A stretch of 64,000 nucleotides of DNA from an uncultured Clostridia bacterium (lineage in GTDB: Bacteria; Bacillota; Clostridia; UBA1212; UBA1255). Shown piece after piece: positions 30,797 to 40,164 of the stretch. Under the pieces are notes generated by a model. It searched no databases. It was not told the DNA's origin and worked only from the letters and a program-made list of their open reading frames with translations. Every line of letters begins with the position of its first letter. Within the stretch, counting starts at the first letter, position 1. Position numbers and translations under genes: made by a program. The DNA is taken from the NCBI GenBank assembly GCA_947625435.1, contig CANQOI010000003.1, positions 1,591 to 65,590 of the forward strand, in the 5' to 3' direction.

Positions 30797-33274
30797 TTAT
30801 CTCACGGCCTTTACCTTGTAATCCTGAGCTTCTACTGCCTTCCTGAGGATATCGTCCCCGACTTCCTTTTCGAGTGTTACGACAGCGGTGCCGTCCGTGT
30901 GGCTTACGATTGCCTCTTTCACTCCGTCAAGCGCTTCAAGCGCCTTTTTTACGCGTGCTTCGCAGTGACCGCACATCATACCTTCGATCTCAAGAGTTCT
31001 TTTCATTCCGACAACTTCCTTTCCTTTCTTTTTTTTCATGTTGTTTTTGCGTTTTATTCTGTGATCCTTTCCGGGATCATGTATGCGTACAAAATTGAGT
31101 CTCAGAGCATTCGTAACGACACAGAAGCTTGAAAGGCTCATGGCAGCCGCGCCGAACATGGGGTTCATCTGCCACCCGAACAGATTTATAAAAACGCCGG
31201 CCGCGATAGGTATTCCTATAGTATTATATATGAACGCCCAAAACAGGTTCTCGTGTATGTTCCTGAGGGCCGCGCGGCTCAGCCTTATGGCCGCGGGCAC
31301 ATCGGACAGGCGGCTCTTCATCAGAACTACGTCTGCGGCGTCTATGGCAACGTCCGTTCCGGCGCCTATGGCAATGCCTATGTCCGCGGCGGTGAGCGCC
31401 GGAGCGTCATTTATCCCGTCTCCCACCATCACCACGGTGCCTTCCCGCCCAAGCTCACGTATCGCGCGTTCCTTGCCTTCCGGAAGCACGCCGGCTATCA
31501 CGGTGTCGGCTCCCGCCTGAGCCGCTATGGCATCTGCGGTGCGTTTATTGTCTCCCGTAAGCATCACGACGCGTATGCCCATATTTTTCAGCTCGTTTAC
31601 GGCCTCCCGACTGTCGGGTTTTATCACGTCCGCCACTGCGATTATACCGCAGAGCTCCCCTCCCCGTGAAAAATACAGGGGCGTCTTCCCTTCTCCCGAG
31701 AGGGCATCGGCTTTAAGCCTCATCTCTTCGGGTATTTCGGCAGTGCTCTTTATAAAGCTCTCGTTCCCGCCGCACAGCCGTATTCCGCCCGCGTCCGCCG
31801 TGAGGCCGTTTCCGGGGAGCGCTTTAAAACCGGTGACATCCTCCGCCTCAATGCCGCGTTCCTCCGCGCGCATGTTCACTGCTCCCGCGAGGGGATGTTC
31901 GCTCCTTTTCTCAAGCGTGTAAGCAATGCCCAGCAGTGCTTCCTCAGTATATCCTTCCGCCGGTAAAATGTCGGTGACCTGCGGTCTTCCCTCAGTGACT
32001 GTGCCCGTTTTGTCAAGTACGACAGTCTGCGCCCTGCCTGTCTTTTCAAGAGAAGCGGCAGTTTTAAACAGTATCCCGTTTCTCGCGCCCACTCCGCTTC
32101 CCACCATTATGGCGACAGGCGTGGCAAGTCCCAATGCGCACGGGCAGCTTATTACCAGCACGGATATGCCCCTTGCCAGTGCGAATCCCACCGTCCTGCC
32201 TGCTATGAGCCATATCAATGTCGTTAAAACGGCGATCGCCATCACAGCGGGAACAAATATTCCGGATACCTTATCCGCTACCTTAGCTATAGGCGCTTTT
32301 GTAGCCGCGGCATCGCTCACGAGGCGTATTATATTGGAAAGGGTCGTGTCCTCTCCGACTTTTAGTGCCTCGCAGCGTATAAAGCCCGATCGGTTCAGTG
32401 TTCCCGCGGAAACAGTCGAGCCCTCAGCTTTATCCGCAGGTATGCTCTCTCCCGTAAGAGCCGATTCATCCACCGCGCTGCTTCCTTCTGTTACCACTCC
32501 GTCAACGGGTATGTGTTCCCCCGGGCGCACGACAAATATATCGCCCTTTACGATCTGTTCTGCGGGCACCGTTATCTCGACGCCGTCCCTGATCACTGTG
32601 GCTGTTTCGGGCGCGAGCTTCATAAGGCTCTTAAGCGCGTCGGTCGTTTTACCCTTTGAGCGAGCCTCGAGCATTTTACCCAGAGTGATGAGCGTAAGTA
32701 TCATGGCCGCGGACTCAAAATAAAATTCGTGCATGTGCTCATCCGGCTGCATGCCCGTCATGGCAAACAGCGAGACTGTGCTGTATATGAATGCCGCCGA
32801 TGAACCGAGCGCCACGAGCGCATCCATATTGGGAGCACGATTTATGATGCTTTTGAAGCCGCTTATGAAAAACTTTCTGTTTATCACCATTATGATCTCG
32901 CACAAAAGCAGCTGCGCAAGTCCTGTCGCCATGTGATTTCCGCTGAAAAACGGCGGCAGCGGCCATCCCCACATGGCATTACCCATCGAGATGTACATGA
33001 GGGCGGCGAGGAATACGAGAGATATTATGAGACGCCGCCTGAGCGCGGGCGTTTCACGGTCTTTGAGCGTATCCCCTCCTTTAACGGACGCGCCGTAGCC
33101 TGCCCCCTGTACGGCGGATATCACGGCTTCATCCGTCGCGCTGCCCTCTACTCCCATTGAGTTTGTGAGCAGGCTTACGGAGCATGATCTCACTCCGGGC
33201 ACCTTTGATACTGCCTTCTCTATGCGCGCACTGCACGCGGCGCAGCTCATTCCCGTAATATTATACTGTCTCAT
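30797..33274 (-). CDS. copA: copper-translocating P-type ATPase with an N-terminal HMA domain and an in-frame C-terminal CopZ-like HMA domain
   Basis: N-terminal GMSCAACSARIEK, CPC motif CPCALGLATP, DKTGT phosphorylation motif, GDGINDAP hinge. The C-terminal 69 aa MKRTLEIEGMMCGHCEARVKK... form a second HMA domain fused after the ATPase. 825 aa. Confidence 0.9.
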   Translation of the reverse strand: MRQYNITGMSCAACSARIEKAVSKVPGVRSCSVSLLTNSMGVEGSATDEAVISAVQGAGYGASVKGGDTLKDRETPALRRRLIISLVFLAALMYISMGNAMWGWPLPPFFSGNHMATGLAQLLLCEIIMVINRKFFISGFKSIINRAPNMDALVALGSSAAFIYSTVSLFAMTGMQPDEHMHEFYFESAAMILTLITLGKMLEARSKGKTTDALKSLMKLAPETATVIRDGVEITVPAEQIVKGDIFVVRPGEHIPVDGVVTEGSSAVDESALTGESIPADKAEGSTVSAGTLNRSGFIRCEALKVGEDTTLSNIIRLVSDAAATKAPIAKVADKVSGIFVPAVMAIAVLTTLIWLIAGRTVGFALARGISVLVISCPCALGLATPVAIMVGSGVGARNGILFKTAASLEKTGRAQTVVLDKTGTVTEGRPQVTDILPAEGYTEEALLGIAYTLEKRSEHPLAGAVNMRAEERGIEAEDVTGFKALPGNGLTADAGGIRLCGGNESFIKSTAEIPEEMRLKADALSGEGKTPLYFSRGGELCGIIAVADVIKPDSREAVNELKNMGIRVVMLTGDNKRTADAIAAQAGADTVIAGVLPEGKERAIRELGREGTVVMVGDGINDAPALTAADIGIAIGAGTDVAIDAADVVLMKSRLSDVPAAIRLSRAALRNIHENLFWAFIYNTIGIPIAAGVFINLFGWQMNPMFGAAAMSLSSFCVVTNALRLNFVRIHDPGKDHRIKRKNNMKKKKGKEVVGMKRTLEIEGMMCGHCEARVKKALEALDGVKEAIVSHTDGTAVVTLEKEVGDDILRKAVEAQDYKVKAVR

Positions 33275-33287
33275 ATGGAACGCTCCT

Positions 33288-33596
33288 TTATTTCATAAGC
33301 TTCTGAAGTATGGCAACAAGCTCGTCGATCACGTCGTCCTTTCCCTCTCTTATATCGCGCACGACGCACGTGCGAAGGTGGCTTGCTATAAGATCCTTAT
33401 TAAATGAATTCACAGCCGCGTTTACGGCCGCTGACTGAACAAGTATGTCGGCACAGTACGCATTTTTCTCTATCATACCTTTTATGCCCCGTATCTGGCC
33501 TTCTATGCGGCTGAGTCTGTTCATGAGCTTTTTTTGTTCTTCTCCGCTTCGCACCGTTGTCTTTGCGCAGCACTCACATTTTTCCTTTTTTGCCAT
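33288..33596 (-). CDS. csoR: CsoR-family copper-sensing transcriptional repressor
   Basis: The start MAKKEKCECCAKTTVRSGEEQKKLMNRLSRIEGQIRGIKGMIE... has a GGAGA SD. DUF156 fold. 13 nt upstream of copA. Confidence 0.75.
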   Translation of the reverse strand: MAKKEKCECCAKTTVRSGEEQKKLMNRLSRIEGQIRGIKGMIEKNAYCADILVQSAAVNAAVNSFNKDLIASHLRTCVVRDIREGKDDVIDELVAILQKLMK

Positions 33597-33642
33597 GTTT
33601 TTATCTCCCGGTGTTACATGATCTGTTTTATTATATGTTAAA

Positions 33643-33685
33643 ATACCCCCATAGGGTATACATATTGTATACCCTATGGGGGTAT
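33643..33685. promoter_or_regulatory. CsoR-type operator: 43-nt perfect palindrome upstream of csoR-copA
   Basis: ATACCCCCATAGGGTATAC-atat-TGTATACCCTATGGGGGTAT. Each half is itself a TACCC-N4-GGGTA type CsoR box. Confidence 0.5.
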
Positions 33686-33728
33686 CGGTCAAGAGCTTTT
33701 TTAAAAACTTCTCAAAATTTTTAAGCGG

Positions 33729-35405
33729 TCACTTGCCCTTGTTCATTTTCTTCCAGCTGTCTTTGAGTGAAACTGTCCTGTTGAATACGGGCTTTTCTCT
33801 CGTATGGTCGTCGTCGGCGCTGAAGAAACCGTTCCTTAAGAACTGGAAATGAGCGTTTTTATCGCAGTTTGCGACATACGGCTCCACAAAAGCATTTTTG
33901 CAGACCGTAAGCGAATCGGGGTTCAGCTTCTCCGTGAAATCCCTTCCGTCCGAGTCATCCATGGGATCCGGGTCGGCAAAAAGCTGATCGTAGAGCCTTA
34001 TTTCCGCAGGGACTGCGTCACGCGCCGAGACCCAGTGTATTGTGCCCTTTACTTTTCTGTCCGGCAGCCAGCCGCCCCTCGATGCCGGGTCATACGTGCA
34101 GTGAACGACGGTCACATTGCCGTTTTCATCTGTCTCATAGGACGTTGCCCTTACGTAGTACGCATATTTGAGGCGCACCTCGTTGCCCGGGAACAGGCGG
34201 AAATATCCCTTTACGGGCTCCGCCATGAAGTCCTCTCTTTCTATATACAGCTCTCTCGAAAAGCTTACCTTGCGCATTCCCATTTCGGGATTTTCGGGAT
34301 TTACCTCCGCATCGAATTCCTCCGTGGTATCCTTGTCATAGTTATCTATAACAAGTTTTATGGGATCCAATACGGCCATGCCGCGGGGCGCGATCTTATT
34401 AAGATCCTCGCGTATACAGTATTCCAGCAGACCGTAATCCGCCACACTGTTGCTCGTTGAAACGCCCACCGCATCTATAAAATTCCTTATTGATGCCGGC
34501 GTATAGCCTCTGCGTCTGAGCCCGCAGAGGGTCGGCATGCGCGGATCGTCCCAGCCGCTCACCGTGCCCGACTCAACCATTTTACGGAGATATCTCTTGC
34601 TCATCATGGTATACGTTATATTGAGCCGCGCGAATTCGTTCTGACAGGGCGCGGGATCGAACGGCCCGCATTTTTCAACAACCCAATCGTAAAGCGGTCT
34701 GTGATCCTTAAAGCCGAGATCGCACAGTGAATGCGTTATACCTTCAAATGCGTCCTCGAGCGGGTGCGCGAAATCGTACATGGGGTAGATGCACCACGCG
34801 TCGCCCGAATGGTGATGTGTCGCGTGGACTATCCTGTATATGACAGGGTCTCTCATGTTTATATTAGGCGACGCCATGTCTATCTTCGCCCTCAGCACGC
34901 GGCTCCCGTCCGTGAACTCTCCCGCTTTCATCCTGCGGAACAGATCGAGATTGTCATCTATGCTGCGCTCCCTGTAGGGGCTGTTTATACCCGGCTCCGT
35001 GAGCGTGCCGCGGTAATCTCTTATTTCGTCCGCGTTAAGGTCGCACACATACGCAAGGCCCTTCTTTATGAGCTTTTCCGCACATTCATACATGCGCGGG
35101 AAATAATCCGACGCGTAAAATACATTTTTCCACGAGTAGCCGAGCCATTTCACGTCATTCATTATGGCGTCCACATACTCTGTGTCCTCCTTGCTCGGAT
35201 TGGTGTCGTCGAACCGCAGATTGCAGTACCCGCCGTATTTTTCAGCCGTGCCGAAGTCGATGCATATGGCCTTTGCATGTCCTATGTGGAGATAGCCGTT
35301 CGGCTCGGGAGGGAAACGCGTATATACCGTCTTGCCGTAATATCTTCCGCCTTCTTTTATATCGTTTTCTACTATATCGTGAATAAAATTGCTGCTCGCT
35401 TCCAT
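33729..35405 (-). CDS. glnS: glutaminyl-tRNA synthetase
   Basis: ...[23 protein letters not shown]... is the class I HIGH motif. Length (558 aa) and C-terminal anticodon-binding region are consistent with GlnRS. Confidence 0.85.
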   Translation of the reverse strand: MEASSNFIHDIVENDIKEGGRYYGKTVYTRFPPEPNGYLHIGHAKAICIDFGTAEKYGGYCNLRFDDTNPSKEDTEYVDAIMNDVKWLGYSWKNVFYASDYFPRMYECAEKLIKKGLAYVCDLNADEIRDYRGTLTEPGINSPYRERSIDDNLDLFRRMKAGEFTDGSRVLRAKIDMASPNINMRDPVIYRIVHATHHHSGDAWCIYPMYDFAHPLEDAFEGITHSLCDLGFKDHRPLYDWVVEKCGPFDPAPCQNEFARLNITYTMMSKRYLRKMVESGTVSGWDDPRMPTLCGLRRRGYTPASIRNFIDAVGVSTSNSVADYGLLEYCIREDLNKIAPRGMAVLDPIKLVIDNYDKDTTEEFDAEVNPENPEMGMRKVSFSRELYIEREDFMAEPVKGYFRLFPGNEVRLKYAYYVRATSYETDENGNVTVVHCTYDPASRGGWLPDRKVKGTIHWVSARDAVPAEIRLYDQLFADPDPMDDSDGRDFTEKLNPDSLTVCKNAFVEPYVANCDKNAHFQFLRNGFFSADDDHTREKPVFNRTVSLKDSWKKMNKGK

Positions 35406-35423
35406 TATATGTCAGCTCCTTTC

Positions 35424-36890
35424 TCAGCCCTCAAGCTCTTTTTCAAGCTTTGATATTCCCGCTTCTATCCTTTTCATCGTCTCGCCTCGCCCCAATATCT
35501 CCGCAAGCTCCGTGGCGCCTCCGGGGCTTACTTCCCTTCCGCTGAGAGCCGTTCTCACGGGCCAGAGTATCTGACTGTTCTTCATTTCGTTTTCCGATGC
35601 GAGCAGGCAGAACGCCTCGTAGAGTTTGGGAGACGTCCATTCATGCTCAAGCTCATCATTCCGTAAAATGAGGTCGCGTGTCAGTTTAAGGGCTCTTAGC
35701 GATATCTCGCGGTCGGTCTTCATTTTCTTATGGCAGTATATCTCGCTGCTGTATTCGGGAAGCTCCCTGAAGAAGCTTATCTTATCCGGTATGTCGGTGA
35801 GTATCTCTGTTCTCTGCTGTATCAGCGCCGATATTTTACCGATATCGCAGGCGCTGTTTCCGAGCGCCTCCTCTATATACGGCCTTGCAAGGGCTGTGAA
35901 ATCCTCCGGGGAGAGCTTCCTTATATATTCGGCGTTCATCCACTTGAGCTTCTCCGTGTCGAAAATGGAAGGGGATTTGTTGAGCCCTTCTATCGTAAAA
36001 TCCTCCTCGAGCTCTTTAAGGGTGTAAAACTCTCTCGTCCCTCCCGGACTCCATCCGAGGAGCGCTATATAATTCAGTATCGCCTCCGGCAGATAGCCTT
36101 TCTTTACGAGATCCTGGAAGGATGCGTCGCCGTTTCTCTTGGAGAGCTTGTTGTGAGCGTCCTTCATTATGCTCGGAAGATGGATGTATACCGGTATGTC
36201 CCATCCGAACGACTGATAGAGTATATTGTATTTCGGAGTGGAAGAAAGGTATTCGTTGCCTCTTACCACATGCGTTATCTTCATGAGATGGTCGTCTACG
36301 ACGTTCGCGAAATTATACGTAGGCATTCCGTCGGATTTTATGAGTATCTGGTCGTCAAGTGTGTCATTGTCGACCGTTATGTCCCCGTATACCACATCGG
36401 TAAATGTCGTTCTGCCCTCGCGCGGCACCTTCTGTCTTATCACGAACGGCTTGCCTTCGGCGAGGTTCCTCTCCACCTCCTCTTTTGTAAGGGAAAGGCA
36501 GTGTCTGTCGTATGTGAAGGATGCGCCCTCGGATTCTCTTAATGAATCAAGACGTTCCTTCGTGCAAAAGCAGTAATACGCGGCGCCTTTTTCTATCAAT
36601 TGTCGGGCATATTCCATATATATGCCGCGTCTTTCGCTCTGTATATACGGGCCGTAGTCTCCTCCCACGCCGGGGCCTTCGTCATATGATATCCCGGTTG
36701 CTTTAAGCGTATCGTATACGACGTCCATAGCGCCCTCTACGTAGCGCTCCTGATCCGTGTCTTCGATCCTCAATATAAATTTACCGCCCTGAGATCTTGC
36801 TATCAGGTACTCATATAAAGCTGTTCTTAAATTTCCGATATGCATAAAGCCCGTCGGGCTCGGAGCAAACCTTGTTCTGACTTCTCCCAT
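35424..36890 (-). CDS. gltX: glutamyl-tRNA synthetase
   Basis: The internal start [29 protein letters not shown] is at 36890. KLSKR motif present. The 43 codons upstream in the ORF are hydrophobic nonsense. Confidence 0.9.
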   Translation of the reverse strand: MGEVRTRFAPSPTGFMHIGNLRTALYEYLIARSQGGKFILRIEDTDQERYVEGAMDVVYDTLKATGISYDEGPGVGGDYGPYIQSERRGIYMEYARQLIEKGAAYYCFCTKERLDSLRESEGASFTYDRHCLSLTKEEVERNLAEGKPFVIRQKVPREGRTTFTDVVYGDITVDNDTLDDQILIKSDGMPTYNFANVVDDHLMKITHVVRGNEYLSSTPKYNILYQSFGWDIPVYIHLPSIMKDAHNKLSKRNGDASFQDLVKKGYLPEAILNYIALLGWSPGGTREFYTLKELEEDFTIEGLNKSPSIFDTEKLKWMNAEYIRKLSPEDFTALARPYIEEALGNSACDIGKISALIQQRTEILTDIPDKISFFRELPEYSSEIYCHKKMKTDREISLRALKLTRDLILRNDELEHEWTSPKLYEAFCLLASENEMKNSQILWPVRTALSGREVSPGGATELAEILGRGETMKRIEAGISKLEKELEG

Positions 36891-37012
36891 ACGTCTTGTC
36901 CTTTCTCTGCAGTGCAGTATGATGATCATGTAAAGGCAAAAACCTTTGTAAATAATAAAGCCAAAAATGAATAAAGTCAATAATACGCACTGTTCATGCG
37001 CAATATTATACG

Positions 37013-37600
37013 TTGACACAGCGGGCGCGATACATTATCATGGCAGGAGCGAAGGTGCTTCTGATATATGTATTTTACAGGCGGGACGGGAATCGGTCAT
37101 GGACATTAAACATAGTATATGCCGTCGATACGCGAGGTCACGGCGGCACGCCCCGCGGCAGCGCGCCGTTTACAATACGCGTATTTGCACACGATCTTTA
37201 TGAATTCATGAATGAGCATGAGATCCGGAAGGCACATATACCGGGGTTTTCGGACGGTGCGAATACGGCCATGATATTTGCGTTAAAATATCCCGATATG
37301 GTAAATAAGCTCATTTTAAACGGAGGGAATCTGTACCCCGCCGGTTTGAGATTCGGGGTCAGGCTTCAGATCGAACTCGGTTACTTTATAGCGAAGCGCT
37401 TTGATACTATGAAGCGCCGTGCCGAAATGCTGAGACTCATGGTAAAGGATCCTGACATAAGGCCCGAGGAGCTCATAGCGGGCAGCATACCGGGCTCTGT
37501 TCTCGTTTTCGTAAAAGGCTCGCATTTTGCGGCAAATGAGAATCCGGAGGATTTCAACAAAGCGGTGCTGGACTTTCTCGCGCAAGACCCTCTGTCTTAA
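37013..37600 (+). CDS. alpha/beta-hydrolase-fold protein, N-terminally atypical (possibly degenerate)
   Basis: GFSDGA nucleophile elbow and DTRGHG are present. There is no HG oxyanion motif upstream. An alternative frame (36967..37203) overlaps the 5' end. Confidence 0.45.
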   Translation: MTQRARYIIMAGAKVLLIYVFYRRDGNRSWTLNIVYAVDTRGHGGTPRGSAPFTIRVFAHDLYEFMNEHEIRKAHIPGFSDGANTAMIFALKYPDMVNKLILNGGNLYPAGLRFGVRLQIELGYFIAKRFDTMKRRAEMLRLMVKDPDIRPEELIAGSIPGSVLVFVKGSHFAANENPEDFNKAVLDFLAQDPLS

Positions 37601-37610
37601 GTCTCTTATA

Positions 37611-37892
37611 TCAGAGATACATGTTTTTGTATTCCATCCTCTTTTTTATCTCGCTTCTTTTTTTAAAATCCGAGATCGAACGTATGTTATATTTATAGCA
37701 GCAGTCGCGGCATATGGATATGTCGCCCTTTCTCGTAAGGCGCATGCTTACGGGCGTATGGTATCTGAAATATGTACGGAATTTTACCCTGCCGCAGCAG
37801 CCGCATCTCGGGAAAATGAGTGGTTTGAATATCACGGCGCCGAGCGCGGCGGATGCCGATATGAAAATGAGTATTTTGATCGCTGCGGTCAT
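37611..37892 (-). CDS. small hypothetical Cys-rich membrane protein (uncertain)
   Basis: 93-aa ORF with an N-terminal hydrophobic helix and the motifs RCGCCGRVKF and CRDCCYKYN. No SD was checked. It overlaps an antisense plus-strand ORF of similar quality. Confidence 0.25.
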   Translation of the reverse strand: MTAAIKILIFISASAALGAVIFKPLIFPRCGCCGRVKFRTYFRYHTPVSMRLTRKGDISICRDCCYKYNIRSISDFKKRSEIKKRMEYKNMYL

Positions 37893-38009
37893 AATGTTAC
37901 CTCTTCTTTGTCATAATGTTTCTCCGTATCTGTTCTTTATATGATATGCGCCCGGCGCAGGATATATTCATAAGCCGTGCTCCGGGCGCAGGATGCTAAA
38001 CAACCTTTA

Positions 38010-38207
38010 TCACTGATTCTGTGAACCTGTATAATAGTTGTTTCCTGTATAGCTTTCAAATACCTTACGGACTATATTTCCGCCGATCGTTCCCGCTTCT
38101 TTCGAAGTCAGATCGCCGTTATAGCCATCCTTAAGGTTTACGCCTGTTTCTTTTGCTATTTCATATTTAAGCTTATCAAAAGATGTTTTACTTTTACTGT
38201 TAGACAT
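38010..38207 (-). CDS. alpha/beta-type small acid-soluble spore protein
   Basis: DKLKYEIAKETGVNLKDGYNGDLTSKEAGTIGGNIVRKVFE matches the SspA/SspB germination-protease site and DNA-binding motifs. 65 aa, GAGGAGG SD. Confidence 0.85.
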   Translation of the reverse strand: MSNSKSKTSFDKLKYEIAKETGVNLKDGYNGDLTSKEAGTIGGNIVRKVFESYTGNNYYTGSQNQ

Positions 38208-38313
38208 AACTGTTACCTCCTCATCCGTATTTTACCGCAGTCGGAAGGAATACGGCGCCGCGCCATGCGCGGCAATATTATTATTATTCATATCCGATTA
38301 TATATTCCGGTAA

Positions 38314-38529
38314 TTATTCCCTTATTGCTTCGTGATTTCTGAAAAGCAGACTTATCGAATAAATTCCCGCGACTCCTACCAGTGAATATATTATCCTGCT
38401 CACTGTAGAAGAAGCGCCGCCGAACAATGCGGCAACAAAGTCAAATCGGAACAAACCGACAGAAAGCCAGACTATCGCGCCTACTATCACAAGTATGAGC
38501 GCTATCCTGTCCAAACCGTTTCTTGCCAT
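38314..38529 (-). CDS. DUF378-family small membrane protein
   Basis: ALILVIVGAIVWLSVGLFRFDFVAALFGG...SRIIYSLVGVAGIY is the typical DUF378 two-helix pattern. Confidence 0.7.
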   Translation of the reverse strand: MARNGLDRIALILVIVGAIVWLSVGLFRFDFVAALFGGASSTVSRIIYSLVGVAGIYSISLLFRNHEAIRE

Positions 38530-38663
38530 AGGGATTCAGCTCCTTTCCGCATTTTTGCCGAACATAACAGTTTCACAACTGTCGGTATTAGGGTGACCAA
38601 AAAAATAAAAATTATTACACGGTATTGCAAATTAAAAAATTTTAGATTAGTATTCAGTCCGCT

Positions 38664-39398
38664 ATGAAGACATATATCTTAAACGGAAGCAACGACATAT
38701 CCTGCACGCAAGCCTGTGAAAATCTTTCCGGGAACATTTCACCTGGTTCGTACGTCCTGCGTCTGCCGCCGTGCAGCCATCTTCCCGAGCCCGAGCAATA
38801 TCACGCGGACATGCGTTTCTGCAAGATATCGGAGGATCTTCTCGTCTGTTCTCCGGAGGATTTTAAAAGTGATATTACGCGTCAGCTTGAGCGGCGCGGC
38901 ATACGCGTCGTGTCCGGCGTCACTGACATTAAAGGTCCGTACCCGCACAATATCGCGTACAATGTACTCCGTGCGGGCAGCGTTTCTTTTCACAATACGA
39001 GATATACGGATCCCCGTCTTAAGGAATTCCTGTGCGCCTCTTCGTATTCTTTATTGCACGTAAATCAGGGCTATGCCGGCTGCTCGTCCGTGGCCGTGCC
39101 CGTAAGTGCGGGCGGCATGCTTGTGATATCGTCGGATATGGGGATCGTGTCCGCAATAAAAAAGGCGGATATCCCCGCCCTTTATACCGAATATTTTACC
39201 GATACGGACAGCATTTTACTCGAAGGCCTCGATCACGGCTTTATAGGCGGCTGCTGCGGCTACGACCCGGACGCCGGTCTTCTCGTGTGCGGTAAAATAA
39301 ACGGACAGTTCAGGAAGCTGTCCGCGGTCTACGGTTTTGATGTTGTTTCTGTTTATGACGGTCCTCTTACCGATATAGGCGGCATACTTATTATGTAG
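38664..39398 (+). CDS. uncharacterised protein (244 aa) with a C-terminal HGFIGGCCG motif; possible GME-fold (amidinotransferase/DDAH-like) enzyme
   Basis: Long ORF with a coding-like pattern. Conserved-looking His (HADMRF) and C-terminal Cys pair (GGCCGYD). Confidence 0.45.
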   Translation: MKTYILNGSNDISCTQACENLSGNISPGSYVLRLPPCSHLPEPEQYHADMRFCKISEDLLVCSPEDFKSDITRQLERRGIRVVSGVTDIKGPYPHNIAYNVLRAGSVSFHNTRYTDPRLKEFLCASSYSLLHVNQGYAGCSSVAVPVSAGGMLVISSDMGIVSAIKKADIPALYTEYFTDTDSILLEGLDHGFIGGCCGYDPDAGLLVCGKINGQFRKLSAVYGFDVVSVYDGPLTDIGGILIM

Positions 39399-39777
39399 CG
39401 CCTGTTCCCATATCTATGAGCCCCAAGCTTATTTTGAGCGCATAGTCTATTTTACCCATGCTCTGCGGCCCTATATGGCACACCTTTTCTCTCAGGCGCC
39501 GTTTATCTATCGTGCGGAGCTGTTCGAGAAGTATTACTGAATCCTTGGCTATACCGAATTTATCGGCGTTTATTTCAAGATGTGTGGGGAGCTTCGATTT
39601 ATTTATCTGCGATGTTATTGCCGCTACTATCACAGTCGGACTGTATTTATTTCCTATATCGTTCTGAATTATCAGCACCGGCCGTATGCCGCCCTGCTCC
39701 GAGCCGACTACGGGGCTGAGATCGGCATAATATATATCGCCACGCTTTACTGAAAGCACAAAACCACTCCGTTTCAA
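39391..39777 (-). CDS. mazF: type II toxin MazF/PemK-family endoribonuclease (EndoA-like)
   Basis: [60 protein letters not shown]... is near-identical in pattern to B. subtilis EndoA. The true start may be an internal GTG (VLSVKRGD). Confidence 0.85.
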   Translation of the reverse strand: MKRSGFVLSVKRGDIYYADLSPVVGSEQGGIRPVLIIQNDIGNKYSPTVIVAAITSQINKSKLPTHLEINADKFGIAKDSVILLEQLRTIDKRRLREKVCHIGPQSMGKIDYALKISLGLIDMGTGAT

Positions 39778-39786
39778 TTCATTCTG

Positions 39787-40050
39787 TCATTCTGCAAACC
39801 AGAGCTCCTGTTCGGCTGCGTAAAATTCTTCTGATATTTTCAGGTTTATATCAGCCATTTCACGATATCCGCCTATCATCTGCTCGCGCAGCTTTCTCTT
39901 TTCGGCGTCGCTTAAGGCGCAGTCCCGCGATCTGTCAGCGGCATCGCTTCCGGTTTTGCTTTTTTTATTTTTTACGGTATTCGCCGTATTATCCTGTTTA
40001 CGGCGGTCATCCGCGGGAATAGGCCCGACTCTTCTGTCTGCCGCTGCCAT
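39787..40050 (-). CDS. MazE/EndoAI-like antitoxin with an atypical low-complexity N-terminus
   Basis: The C-terminus MIGGYREMADINLKISEEFYAAEQE matches the EndoAI toxin-binding tail (MRRGYEEMAKINLNLSEAF). The N-terminal 45 aa are basic/Asp-rich and do not resemble a ribbon-helix-helix. Confidence 0.55.
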   Translation of the reverse strand: MAAADRRVGPIPADDRRKQDNTANTVKNKKSKTGSDAADRSRDCALSDAEKRKLREQMIGGYREMADINLKISEEFYAAEQELWFAE

Positions 40051-40164
40051 ATAAACCCTCCTATCACATTGTATCCATTTTTCCGAAGTAAATTCACCTG
40101 ATATCGCCGACTTTGTAAAATAAATTTTACACCGCCCCGTACTGCCCTGCGCCGATCTACACTC

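Noticed and set aside
30515-31132. 205-aa plus-strand ORF starting in the DUF3343-copA spacer
   Set aside because: Most of it is antisense to copA. No SD. Likely spurious, though the spacer itself is flagged separately.
35424-37019. Long N-terminal extension of the gltX ORF (43 hydrophobic codons) as a possible signal peptide or fusion
   Set aside because: The conserved GluRS N-terminus ([14 protein letters not shown]) begins at the internal ATG 36890. The upstream in-frame stretch has no start-site support and is probably just open frame.
36967-37203. 78-aa ORF overlapping the 5' end of the alpha/beta hydrolase in another frame
   Set aside because: It cannot coexist with the hydrolase frame, which carries the conserved catalytic motifs. 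It is mentioned only as a hint of a possible frameshift.
37527-37916. 129-aa plus-strand ORF downstream of the hydrolase
   Set aside because: It overlaps both the hydrolase 3' end and the minus-strand small ORF. Arg/Cys-rich with no SD. Likely noise.
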